Shown here in pieces: positions 26,247-38,568 of a stretch of 64,000 nt of DNA; position 1 is the first letter of the stretch, and each line of letters opens with the position of its first letter. The stretch is from Phoronis australis (lineage: Eukaryota > Animalia > Phoronida), in contig NMRA01000160.1 of NCBI GenBank assembly GCA_002633005.1, forward strand, positions 590,043 to 654,042, in the 5' to 3' direction. The notes under the pieces were generated by a model. That model did not search any database. It worked only from the letters and a program-made list of their open reading frames with translations, and had not been told where the DNA came from. A program made the translations under genes and the position numbers.

Positions 26247-27111
26247 ATGGTTTCAATTGATGATGTCATTATTGTATTAACTATTCTAGTCTGTGCGTTG
26301 CTGTCAACCTTAATACTGGGGCAGTTTAGTTATGTGCCTAAGCATTCCAGTCAAGGGTCTCGTACTGGCTTGCTTGAGATTGCTAGAGATAATGGAATTT
26401 TTGAAAATTACACTTCAGATCACAAACCTTAACGAAAATACTAAGAGTTGAGTTGATATAACAGTCACCCTTACTGTGAAGGATGCAGTCTGCTTTGATG
26501 TCAGACATATTGCTTTGCTGTCTTTATGTAGGCTCATCACTGATTGGTTCACTGAGACTTAACTTACTCTACTTGCCAACAGGTGGCCTCGAGCTTGTAG
26601 GACCACTCAGTGCTAATACTAGTGTTTGTATGTTTTGAACTGTATACTTGTTTAAGAGAATTGTTAAAAATTTGAAATTCTGGAATTCCTTAGAATGTAA
26701 AAATATTGCATTAGGGCGTGAGATTGAACTTGAATGTGTAAGACTCCTGTGAGATGCACGAGACTTGAGTACCTTTGACTTGGACCACTTTCTTAAAATT
26801 GGTGTTTGCGTTCTTTGGCTTGAAGCGATATCTGGGGCTCGGAAAGACCTCTGGGTGATGGTTCATTTTGCTTTAATCTATGGTAGGTTTAGTTGTGAAT
26901 TTGCTTGACGGAGCTCATCATTTGTTAATGTTCGTAAACAACTAGACCTATTTTGTAGCCTGGAATAAGAGTTCTATTTAGTACCCAAAACGTCGATAAT
27001 CAAGGGAACAAGCATTTTGACTTCAAAAAAATATTCCAATTTTGCATATTGTTCTTGTGTTATGCCTCAAATTGCTACAGATATTGTAATTTGGTGAAAT
27101 TAAGTAATCAA

Positions 27112-27117
27112 AATAAA
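27112..27117 (+). promoter_or_regulatory. Candidate polyadenylation signal for TM6SF-like
   Basis: AATAAA about 870 nt after the stop codon; motif only. Confidence 0.3.
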
Positions 27118-27169
27118 CTCATTCTGGCATTATTGAGTGTACAAGATAGTAGTACAATGGGACGTCTCA

Positions 27170-27686
27170 TTTTTCTCATTCAAGCTCCTTGACGGATTTT
27201 TATGAAATGTGGTAATTATTTTCCTATTAAAAATATGCCATGTTCCCGTTTTCGGATGGATTTGACGTATTTTGGGCCATCTAGCGTCTGCCCCTCTGTT
27301 AGCCAAATCTCTCTATGTATGATTGTGGATAGTGGCATATGTGTTCTTAGTATGAAGAGGACAGTTAACGGTGATTTTCCGACTTCCAACTACTGTGGCA
27401 CCACCTAGTGGCAGTTTGGCAGTTGTTTTTTTGCCCATACCCCCTAGTTGCAATTTCGTTTTTTTTCTCATTTTTCTCCGTTTCTCTGAAGTTCCTTGAC
27501 GGATTTTTCTGATATTTGGTAAATAGCTTTCTATTAAAAAAGTGATGACATGTTCCGGTTTTTGGATGTATTCGACTTATTTTGCGCCATCTAGTGCCCA
27601 TTTCTGTAATACAAATAAACACCCTAGAAGCACACTGTTTGGGGGTGCCTTCATTGGCACATTTCAATGCTCCGCGTTACTCTTGT
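27170..27686 (+). mobile_element. 5'-truncated copy of the same HINE-like element
   Basis: Shares internal unit sequence and the 3' end GGCACATTTCAATGCTCCGCGTTACTCTTGT. Confidence 0.75.
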
Positions 27687-28716
27687 ATACATTTACCTCA
27701 GTCTACATTTTTGGATTTTCATAATTGTCTCGATGACACCTTCCCACTTTCAGATGGATTTACTAGTATTGCTCCCTCTAGTGAGAATGTTTAAAATAGT
27801 AATCATCCCATGTATCAATGCTGTATGTGATGCACACAGTGGGCACACATCAACGCACTGCATAACTCTCGTTGTTAACAAAATTAGCCATCGTGACGGG
27901 GAAACTAATTTTGTCATGCACTGTACCATATCTTTTATATATACGACAACCGGCTACAGTTATAACAATAATGTAATATATGCATACATACAACAAACAA
28001 ATGAACCAGGTTTTAACACATAAAATACAAAATTTGTTACAAAATTTGTTACAAAATTTAACATCAAATTAGGTGAATTTTAGTATGACAAAATATTACA
28101 CCGAAGCTAACTAAAACACTGTGTGAATCTTTGATTGCCTACAATACTAAACTTGCAATACCTGGTTGCTTTAAATTTTACTGGAAGCTCCAAATGATTC
28201 ACAATTTAAGTATTACAATCCTCGTTAGACTCGTGATATTCTATATTCAACATGAGTAGCATGGTTTTGTCTTTTGCCGATTCACTACTGAATAACACTG
28301 AGCAACAAATTTCATACAATCCTTTTGAGGGAAAAAAGGCTAAATGCATAAGATGATGCTACATTTCTGTCCCCAAGCAAAGCAGCTGCTTAGATCATGT
28401 GTCATGAGCGACGTCCCACTGTTCTATGGTGCTGAGATACCACAGGATGTCTCGGACCATTGGCAGTAGCAACTACACACCTCAGTCGAGGACAGGCAAG
28501 CGACAGCGACCTCTGGTGTTTGTCCCTGTAGAATGTTCATCACCAAGTACCGAGACAAGTTCAGACACGTAACTAACAACCATAGAACAAACTCCCCTAA
28601 TTTTCCAAAATTTCACTTCAAGACGCCCACAATCGGCTATTCTTACACAGTTTAGGTTTTCGGTTCTATGAAAATCAAAGCACCGTAATCTTGCTAATGC
28701 ACACTTCAGCTCCTAA

Positions 28717-31066
28717 AATAAGGCAATTAGGTTGTGGCGGTCCAATCAGCAATGTCATCAAATGTGTTTTAGCCCTCCAGTTACATCATTTTGTTCAATA
28801 TCAATTTGTCTCTAGGCCTAATGATCAACTTCTACCAATGAATATACATTTTGTTAGAGATTAAAAGTTAGGATGGGAAACTTGTGCTTAAAGCTTACAT
28901 AAAAAGATCAGGATGAGCAAATGACAATAACATACCTCACGACCAGTCCTGACATGACAGGCCATCAGATAAATCAGATCTAATATTAACCAATAATTCT
29001 GATATGATAACCACAAAAGAAAACTTTACGACATTAACAGAGAATACTTTCAGAACTTATAAATAATCGGTGAAAATATTCAGTAGATAGTTTGTATTTT
29101 GGAATTATTTTACTAAAATTTCCGTAGCAGTTGAGATGAATGACAGTATTATCTAAAAAACTGTTTATGGTTACAATGCAACACCATCTAGTGGATGGAC
29201 TTAAAACAAATGATTCGGTTTTTATTTCATATTGCAATCAACCCACATCTAAATCAGCTTCATACAATTATACAACCGTCAAATACGAAGCATTCACACA
29301 TAAAGTCAACATGCATCTTAAAGAACTGTTCTTCAAATTGCCTAATAATTTAAATTCTTAGAAACAATTCAACGTATTGAACACACGATTTGCAGTAAAC
29401 ATCACTCACAAATTTCACTATTAGCACCGAAGAAAACCAGGTACGAATCAAACAACCCAAGAACTGAGAGTGTGCAAGGACACAGTTTCCAGTAAAGCAA
29501 ATATGCACGACCACCAGGAACTCCAGATTGGCCTAGTCAACTCAAATATGGGTACATCTGATGAGACTCGTACCAGATACCAACGGTTAAAGGATAATAA
29601 AAGGTAGTTGTTGATACATCCAGGAAAGTTCATTGTATTCGAATTAAATCTGGTCTGATGGACTACTTGTTCATCAAATCCCTTAATCCCTCACAAGGTG
29701 GAGCTCAGTACAAAGTGTCGTCTGCTTGGGATGAGAGGATGCGTGACGTTGCTAACCTAACGAGATCTTGAGAAGGCAAGAGACGATTCCCGCCAATCTT
29801 CAGTACCATATTTAGAAGGTAAGAGACGATTCCCGCCAATCTTCAGTACCATATTTAGAAGGCAATTGACGATTCCCGCCAATCTTCAGTACCATATTTA
29901 GAAGGTAAGAGACGATTCCCGCCAATCTTCAGTACCATATTTAGAAGGCAAGAGACGATTCCCNAATAAGGCAATTAGCTTGTGGCGGTCCAATCAGCAA
30001 TGTCATCAAATGTGTTTTAGCCCTCCAGTTACAGCATTTTGCTCAATATCAATTTATCTCTAGGCCTAATGACCAACTTCTACCAACGAATATACATTTT
30101 GTTAGAGATTAAAAGTTAGGATGGGAAACTTGTGCTTAAAGCTTACATAAAAAGATCAGGATGAGCAAATGACAATAATATACCTCACGACCATTCCTGG
30201 CATGACAGGCCATCAGGTAAATCAGATCTAATATTAACCAATAATTCTGATATGATAACCACAAAAGAAAACCATACGACATTAACAGAGAATACTTTCA
30301 GAACTTATAAATAATCGGTGAAAATATTCAGTAGATAATTATGATTAGTTTGTCCGTTGGAATTATTTTAGTAAAATTTCCGTAGCAGTTAAGATAAATG
30401 ACAGTATTATCTAAAAAACTGTTTATAGTTACAATGCAACACCATCTAGTGGATGGACTTAAAACAAACGATTCGGTTTTTATTTCATATTGCAATCAAC
30501 CCACATCTAAATCAGCTTCATACAATTATACAACCGTCAAATACGAAGCATTCACACATAAAGTCAACATGCATCTTAAAGAACTGTTTTTCAAATTGCC
30601 TAATAGTTTAAATTCTTAGAAATAATTCAACGTATTGAACACACGATTTGCAGTAAACATCACTCACAAATTTCACTATTAGTACCGAAGAAAACCAGGT
30701 ACGAATCAAACAACCCAAGAACTGAGAGTGAGCAAGGACACAGTTTCCAGTAAAGCAAATATGCACGACCACCAGGAAATCCAGATTGGCCTAGTCGACT
30801 CAAATATGGGTATATCTGATGAGACTCGTACCAGATACCAACGGTTAAAGCATAATAAAAGGTAGTTGTTGATACATCCAGGAAAGTTCATTGTATTCAA
30901 ATTAAATCTCGTCTGATGGACTACTTGTTCATCAAATCCCTTAATCCCTCACAAGGTGGAGCTCAGTACAAAGTGCCGTCTGCTTGGGATGAGAGGATGC
31001 GTGACGTTGCTAACCTAACGAGATCTTGAGAAGGCAAGAGACGATTCCCGCCAATCTTCAGTACCA
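28717..31066 (+). repeat. Tandem duplication of ~1.1-1.25 kb (28717-29963 and 29965-31066) joined by a single N
   Basis: Both copies begin AATAAGGCAATTAG(G/C)TTGTGGCGGTCC and differ by scattered SNPs and small indels; the duplicated short ORFs in the track confirm it. Confidence 0.95.
29770..29963 (+). repeat. 43-bp minisatellite, about 4.5 copies
   Basis: Unit AGAAGG(C/T)AAGAGACGATTCCCGCCAATCTTCAGTACCATATTT; only one unit is present in the second duplication copy. Confidence 0.92.
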
Positions 31067-31155
31067 TCTTCCCTTTGAAGGAGGCGTGATGTCCACGAGT
31101 TGCTAGGAATTTAAGTTTTGGAAGTAGTCCAGCAGACCAGATTTAATTCGAATAC
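30893..31155. mobile_element. MITE with ~34-bp terminal inverted repeats (truncated copy at 29635-29963)
   Basis: GTATTC(G/A)AATTAAATCT(G/C)GTCTGATGGACTACTT ... AAGTAGTCCAGCAGACCAGATTTAATTCGAATAC. Confidence 0.75.
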
Positions 31156-31992
31156 GACATAGCAACACTAAGTACTATGCTTATGGTGACCCACAAACAT
31201 GCAACTTTAAATTAAATATATAAGACGTTAAGAGACGATTCAACGTGTCAAAACTGCCACTTCCACTATGGATTAGTACAACCAATGACAACTGCACAAT
31301 GAATTATTTCTTTCAACAGATGTGGAATCAAATTGAAACTTGACATTGAACTTTTTACGGGTTAAATGAAAACTGCATATGTGCGCATGTGAGTCGAAGT
31401 TTGTGGGATAACCTTTCTTCTTGAAACATGTTGATTGCAAAGAAGTTTTGTTCACTGCAAATGAATAATTTCCCACAATCCACTGCACGTCAATTGAAAT
31501 ACATGCGCGTTCCAACACAATATCAACCCTATGTAGTTGTCAGCCTTGGGGTGCACGCGCAACATTGCTCTTATCAATGCCATATTTTCTGTCCAGATAT
31601 TTTGAGGAATGGGTGAGGGACAGGTGCGTAAGACTGATGTACAATTCACCTCCAGACAACTAGATGCTGTGTCGTTGCTGCCCGTGATCGTACAAAGGTC
31701 GGTTGGTATGGTAAAATCTTACGAATCTGGGACAAACTATGGCCAAGAAAGGAAATTTTAATAAAAGATAAATGGCAACAGGTTAATACTTTTATGCTCT
31801 TATCGAGTTCCTATCCACAGTTACCATTCAACTATATTTTGGAAACATTGTTGACAATCGCAATCAAATTATGTTTAGCTCTCGAAAAATGGTCCGTTTA
31901 AGCAACTATTTTTGTTCAGAATTGGTGAGATTTTACCATACAATCAGGTGTGAAATTGCTTAAAAAATCGAGTCATCATCCACAAGTCGAGT

Positions 31993-32176
31993 TCATAGCA
32001 TCTCGTAGATGATTGGATGAAGAAGGAGCATGTGATCGGCCCCCTTGATGTTCAACTTATTTATGGTGTAGTGGTGAATCATTTGAGGAATAGTATCAAA
32101 GGGCTGGCTGGCCTGACCGAGTATGTACTTATTTGCCCTGAATAGCACTTTCATGTGAATGAAGCCGGCTGCCCCT
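31993..32176 (-). CDS. SH2 adaptor (SHB/SHD/SHE/SHF family), last exon, C-terminal half of SH2
   Basis: GAAGFIHMKV...KYILGQASQPFDTIPQMIHHYTINKLNIKGADHMLLLHPI matches the family GFMHMK..YVLGQ.S.PF.SVPE.IHYY...KLPIKGAEH.SLL.P; acceptor TTTCAG, phase 2. Confidence 0.95.
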
Positions 32177-32222
32177 CTGAAATTGAAGAAAATACTGTGA
32201 CAGATATCCGTCAAAAATCAAG

Positions 32223-33757
32223 AACAAGAGCAACGCAGAGCGTTGAAATGCGCCCATGAATGCATCGCAAATGGTGTGCTTCTCGGGGTGTTTATTTGTG
32301 TCATAAAAAGACCACTAGATGGTGCAAAATACTTCGAATCCATCAAAAAATGGGAAAATGTCACCATTTTTTAACAGAAAGTTACTTACCACATTTCATG
32401 AAAATCCGTCAAGGCACTTCAAAGAAACAGAGAAAAACGGTCCGTAAAAAATGAAATTGTCACTAGGGGGCACAGTGTTCATCAGATCGGTCTGAAAGTC
32501 GTCATCTTCCGTTGTTAACTTCATATAAATGCACGTGCTAAATTTAAGATTCTGCTTAGGAGATACAGGTATGGGCGCAAAAAAAAACAGTGGTGAATTT
32601 TGGGGGGGCAAGGGGGCCATGGCCCAGATACCATTTGGTAGTTCGGGGTGGCAATTGCTGACTGGCATATGCGTGCAACCAGGGGGCTCGGGAGGCGAAT
32701 GCATAGGCCTTGAACAAATCTCGGTACCGCTTTTTTAGTAATAAGGTCCACAAACCCAAAAATGCGAGGCCTCTGCACCCCTACATTTTAGGGTGGGCGC
32801 GCGCATATGGCGAAACTGGTTATTCCTGTGCCCTGGCCCCCCTAACTAAAAATCATGGATCCGCCCCTGAAAACTGCCACTGAGAGGCGCCACAGTAGTC
32901 AAAGTCGTCGGAAAATCATCGCCAATCGTCTTTTTCATAGTAAGAACATAGATTACGAGCCAATTTCCACAATCATCCTTAGAGTGGTTTGGTTGACGGA
33001 GGGACGGATGCCAAAAATAGACTCGATAACAACAAAAATGGCCGCTAGGTGGCGCAAAATACCTTAAATCAATCTGAAAATGAATGGTTAGCATCACCTC
33101 ACTAATAGATATCTGCCAAATTTTTTGGAAATCCATTTAAGACTTTTGAAGATTCAGCGGTAAACGTAAAAAGCTAAAATTGCCAGTAGGGACACACCGG
33201 TAGTCCCATCTGTCCGAAAGTCTTCGTCATCCGTTGTCAACTTCATATAAATACATTTGCTAAACTTAATGATCCTATAGAGTGTTTAGGAGATACAGCC
33301 ATGGGTGCAAAAACAAACAAAACTACCACCAGGAGGCGCCACAATAGTCAAAGTGGTCTGAAAATCATCGTCCTCTTCATAGTAAGAACATAGTACATGG
33401 AAATTTTCGCAATCCTTCTTAGAGACGCGCAAGTAGAAGGCACAAAATGCCTCAGATCCACCCGAAAAAGGGAAGATAACGTCACCTCATTAATAGATGC
33501 CTATGAGCCAAATTTATGAAAATTGGTTGAGGACCTTCGAAGATACAGAAGCAAACAAAAAACTAAAATTGCCACTAGGGGGCAAAGCAGTATTCAAGTC
33601 AGTCCGAAACTCGTCGCCCTCTATCTTCAACCCCATAGGAACACACCTGCCAAAATTTCAGTAAGATCCTGCAAGGGGCTTAGGAGATACAGCTGCAGAC
33701 GCCCAGACAGAGATGACGGCAATATGCACCCACATAAAATATGTGGGTGCATAAAAA
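32223..33757 (-). mobile_element. HINE-like element, inverted copy (last intron of the SH2 gene), with a nested MITE
   Basis: Both termini are reverse complements of 22277-24059; about 3 internal units; GC-rich insert at 32588-32869. Confidence 0.8.
32588..32869. mobile_element. GC-rich MITE nested in the HINE copy
   Basis: CAGTGGTGAATT...GGATCCGCCCCTG interrupts a HINE unit that is continuous in the other copies. Confidence 0.65.
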
Positions 33758-35072
33758 GCAGAGGAATGATTAAGAAATACATGGCTACAGATCAATGGAC
33801 CCACTGGGCCTCAAATCTGTCAGTCAATTTAGAGCACCTATGGATCACGTTAATATTTTCTGTCCCTTTTCCAATCGAATTTTGGGGGGCAGCATTTTAA
33901 TACGGGCAAATTCGTGTGTTACCTTAATATGTTAAATAATTAGTGATCTGCCTAAACAGCTAATGTCGTTTCAATTTAACCAAACACATAAATCCATACA
34001 CACCGCGCTAGTTAACATATCGTTAACACTCGTTTTGGTCACCGACATAAACTGTGATCAACTGCTCAACGTTGTTGTTATTCAAGACAAAATCAAACTG
34101 GCCTAGTTGTGATAAAAATTTTAGTGCACCCGCAGTGCACAACTGAGCAAGCACAATGCATCAATGAAAAGTTTTACGAGCAAATGACATGGGCTACTCT
34201 AAATCCGCCACTATATTTTACATTGAATTTCAGAGATAAAATTGTAACCAGGGATGAAACAGGAAAATTAAAACATTAACAGTTCAAGAGCGAAATTCTT
34301 ATACAGTATTACCAAAATATCGACTTCTGCTAAAATAACACCATTTTTAGGTAACTGCCAAATGTCACTATTGACCTATCGCCAGGATTTTGAGTGACGG
34401 CTGAACTGACCAACGTAGCATTCTTAGGTGGTAATGGTCGCCGGTGGCTGACCGAAAGTAAGCCAATTTTCTCAGCTATATACAAAAAACTTCACTCTTA
34501 AATTGTGAATCCAACAAACTTATTTGGTGACCAACAGTTCACGTTAAACAACAAATAATAAAAGTGTAACCTAATCCATGGACTTTAAGCATTCTGCTCC
34601 AAGTGATCTGGGATCTGTTATACGAAAAATGACTTGAGACTTAACACAGAAATTTGATCATGCGCTCTTCAAAACTATTTCATAAAAATAATGAAATGTC
34701 ACGCGAGTGAAAGTGCAAAGTCTCTGAGAATATGCACAGAAATGTTAGATACCAAGATAATTTCAATAAATCATTTCCAGACTGCAATGCGCTCACAATT
34801 ACTTCATTGGGTAAACACCAAATTTCTGTCTTTAGTCTCCATTCACTTTCATGAAACAGACTCTTGGACTTTAAGCCACCAATACCTGTGATCGTGAATA
34901 TGAACAAAACGAGGCCAAGTTTGTTTCATTATCCTCAAGCCATTAGGTTTTGACAAGTCACTTACAGGAGTCCCAGATTTTGAGAACCAGTTCAACGCTC
35001 GTTATTCAGCACAGAAAACTGGCTCACAAAATGTGGACCCAATGCAACTGACTGTTACCTTTTGATACCTAC

Positions 35073-35192
35073 TTTAGAGATAAAGAGAAGTCTGTTTTGT
35101 TGCTTTCGCTCTGCCTCACCAGGTAACTCCCTTCGCAGTGTACGCGCAGGAGTGACTCGGCATCCCCGCGGGTAATTGCACCATGATACCAG
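35073..35192 (-). CDS. SH2 adaptor, exon 7, N-terminal half of SH2
   Basis: [39 protein letters not shown](K); acceptor CATTTCAG, donor AA|GTAGGT; phases 2/2. Confidence 0.95.
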
Positions 35193-35796
35193 CTGAAATG
35201 GACAGTGACACTTAGAGGAGCACACAAACACAAGCAAAACCCCTCGTGGAACCTTCACACGGGTAAGGCAGCACAAATGGATACACGGCCATTACCACGT
35301 GGACGGAGGCCCCAGGGGTGATAGAATTTCCCTGGGAGTGGGGCATAAGGGGGCTATGACTCATCAGCTTACTGCAAAAAGTCTTGAGCCACTGTTGAAT
35401 ACTTCTGGTAATGCCACTGCTAATGGCACACGCTCATTCCAAACCCTATCTGAATATCTCTCGGTTAGTTTCAAATTCCACTCATAATACTGTATATAAC
35501 TGTGATGTCGCAGACTTACTAACAGACAGAAAGACTAACAACTGCAAAATATAACATCCTTCAGTTGGCAGATGTTATAACGATAATACGGTACTAATGA
35601 CAACAGTAATACAAATATTTTGTGCATCATTTACAACACTCACCGCTACTAGTATTCCTTTAACATTACGTACAAGAAATCAAATACACCTGTGTCTCTA
35701 GACAGTCAGCTGTTTTTTTATTTGAATACAACAGCTATATAGAGTATGTAGGATTGGTTTATACAGCTTTACAAGCACTGCCAGCATTATTTATAC

Positions 35797-36010
35797 CTCT
35801 GTTCTGATAAGGGAATGCCAGGGTCTACCCTTTCGCCAACGGCGTTCTGAGCTTGACAACCCAGCTTAAAAGGGGTCGGTCTTTCCTTCCGGCGGCTACT
35901 GTCCTGCCGACCGCTGTGCGTGGGGGAGCTGGTTGACCACGACAAGTGACTCGCACTACTTTCTGGACGAGACCTCGCCGTGACTGACTCATGTGTCATA
36001 TCAAATGAGC
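35797..36010 (-). CDS. SH2 adaptor, exon 6
   Basis: ...GERVDPGIPLSEQ is the family motif GERVDP..PLE.Q just before SH2; acceptor TTTACAG, donor AG|GTATAA; phases 1/2. Confidence 0.92.
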
Positions 36011-37403
36011 CTGTAAAATATTTGAATTGATCAAGATAAATACGGGAAAGACAATAACCAGTACTAATGCCATCACAAACACGTGATTTTATTTTAGTAA
36101 AACAAAACAACAAAAACACATACATTGGAATTAGAGCATATGTTTCAAGAGGTCATCCACGAATATTTAGTTATCAATCAAACATCCCTATGGGAGAATG
36201 CAATGCTCTATGGGAGAAGTACTATTTGTCAATTGAAGCATGGGTTTTTGAAAGCTAATTACAGCTAATAAAAAATTACTTGGGCAAATTCTAAGCTGAA
36301 ATAAAATTACACACAAAATCTTATCTGTTGCACCCACTTTCAACTGAATTCGGCCAAAATATCTTGTGTGGTTTCCTGTGAGGGCCCTCTATACACTGGA
36401 ACCACAACAACGCAGTTCCTTTCACACACTCAACGTGAACCTTACAAGTGAAAGACCAGTGACCTAAGGGGGGACTCTCACATAACAGGGGTGAGTAGGG
36501 TCAAGCCGTCCAATTAGGGCTATTTTGCCTGTAAGAACTTCAATAGATGAGGAAAACAGGACGTGCTGCTCATAAGGGTAAAATGTCATGACCAGTTTAC
36601 CTACGAAAGTTGTCTTTAGTTTTCCTATATAATTTCCTTCATAAGGGTATGTTTTGGGCTTTAGAAATTCTACAAAAGCTTCCTTTTTAAACTATACATA
36701 TCTATACTCGGGGATTTTTAATAGTAATTCTAATATTTACAGCAAAAGATGGATGCATTGTTTACAACATAGCACCTCTCCTTGTACTGTTTCAGGCTTA
36801 ATAGGTTTAACATTCAGCTGTCAAAGAATCCTTACGAACGGCTTAGCTTTACGGAATTACCCCATCAAAAAGTTTTTTGTTTCTGGAACAAAAGCCTACA
36901 GAAGGTTGACTTTTAGCACATTACAAATGCCTTTTTCCTCGAGTCCGTTCCCTAAACCGATGAATATCCTAATTTTCCAGCAGCGCCTCTCGTCAAACAA
37001 ACATAGTCACCCCTGGGTATTTTGCCTTCTTGGGAAGGTATTTTGCCATCCCAGGCAACGTCTTGAAAAGGTAACGTGGCCTTGTATCCCTGGTATCGTC
37101 ACAGGCAGGCAAATGAAGGAAGTGGGGTGGAGGATGTCATCAAATGGTATTATGTCGAGCTGCATTTTTCATCATTTCAGAGACTCATTTTTGCCATTCC
37201 CTAGATATTATGCGAGTCTAGATTTTAATTCATAGACACCACCCCGGCACAATATAAAGAAGAAAACCCCAGAAGAGTCCACAAGTGTATCACTCTTCTG
37301 TTTGGTTCGTTTATACTAAATAGAATTTTCAATGAACATGTTTGTCATAAGAGCTTGACATCACACATTGGGTTGATAGAGTATCACTACACAACACGGA
37401 TAC

Positions 37404-37550
37404 ACTGTCATTTTCTTGACCTTAAGTGTACCCCAACTGAGGACATTTGAAGTTTCTTGGTCTTCAAGTCTATCCTAACAGAAGACATTTGAAGTTTTTG
37501 ACCTTCAAGTATAACTTACCTGAAGACATTTGAAGTTTCTTGGCCTTCAA
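37404..37550 (-). repeat. 41-42-bp degenerate tandem repeat (~3.5 units) spanning the exon 5 donor
   Basis: GA(A/G)GACATTTGAAGTTT(C/T)TTG..CTTCAA recurs at about 37439, 37481 and 37522. Confidence 0.85.
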
Positions 37551-37670
37551 ATCCCACGGTGCCTCGTACTCTTCTTGAGGTCTGTCATCAGCCTGCGATG
37601 ACACTTTAGACTGGCGACTAACATCAGGTGACCCCATGCCTGTAGGACCTCTCCGGGTCACCTCAGATTT
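37520..37670 (-). CDS. SH2 adaptor, exon 5
   Basis: KSEVTRRGP...DDRPQEEYEAPWDLKAKKLQMSS carries the family DDRP.DEY..PW motif; acceptor TTGTAG, donor G|GTAAGT; phases 0/1. Confidence 0.9.
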
Positions 37671-38568
37671 CTACAAATAGCCCAATAGTGCATGGTGCTC
37701 TGCACTTATATGATACCTATACACGTGCTGTAAGACTGCCTTCATTACTCAGAGTTGCATTTCTTCAAATATTTTCCTCTTTCATTACCAAGGGTCCTAA
37801 AATGCTAAGTATGAAATCACTGCTTTCAAAAAATACTCGGTGAGCAAAGAAACATACAGGTGCATGAAAATAGTAAATGGAGGCAGTCGTCACATGACAC
37901 ACGTTATTTTTTGTCATAAAGTTCCTCATGCATGAAAATCTTTGCCCCAAACTAGTGAGTGCTGTTAATCCCTTTAATTAGCTATGAAAGTTTATCCGAA
38001 CTTTTCGTGGACAATCAACAACGAAGACTTTAACATTTTGTGAAATATTCGTAACACAATCATAATAGCTTTCTTTGCTCACCAACTGAAGGATTTTAAG
38101 TATACGGCTTAATAACATAAACCTTGACATTTTAAGACAAAATTTGCAGAATATACTTGGTAGTCACTTTTCAGAGTATAAAGCATGTCGATGACAAAGA
38201 ACATGAAAAACGCTGTAAATTTCAGTTTTAAATTAAATGTTCAAACCATCCTACACATGAGTACAACAAAAACACCACTGGAGTAAAGTGTCACAGTCAT
38301 TCGGTTTTTAAGAGTTGTTACAATATCAGAAACACACAGTGACCAATATTTATCAATCCTACACAGTTAAATACCTTTATTTTTAAGGTTATAGGGGACC
38401 TTAGAAAAATGTCCACATTTGACAAAATTTGGAATATCATATCTCAGAAATGGCCTAAATAACCTAAAAATTGGTGCTAAACATATGAGTCTGTATTGAT
38501 TTTTGTTTTTTCCTAAAAGAGGTTTAGGGGTTCTGCCACTAAAGATGACCACGTAGCCAGCAACCTAC

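Noticed and set aside
29770-29963. CRISPR-like appearance of the 43-bp repeats (also the 16-bp array at 47478)
   Set aside because: Units are head-to-tail with no unique spacers; eukaryotic context; no cas genes.
36654-37235. 193-aa plus-strand ORF in an SH2 intron
   Set aside because: Non-ATG start, atypical composition, no domain; treated as a chance ORF.
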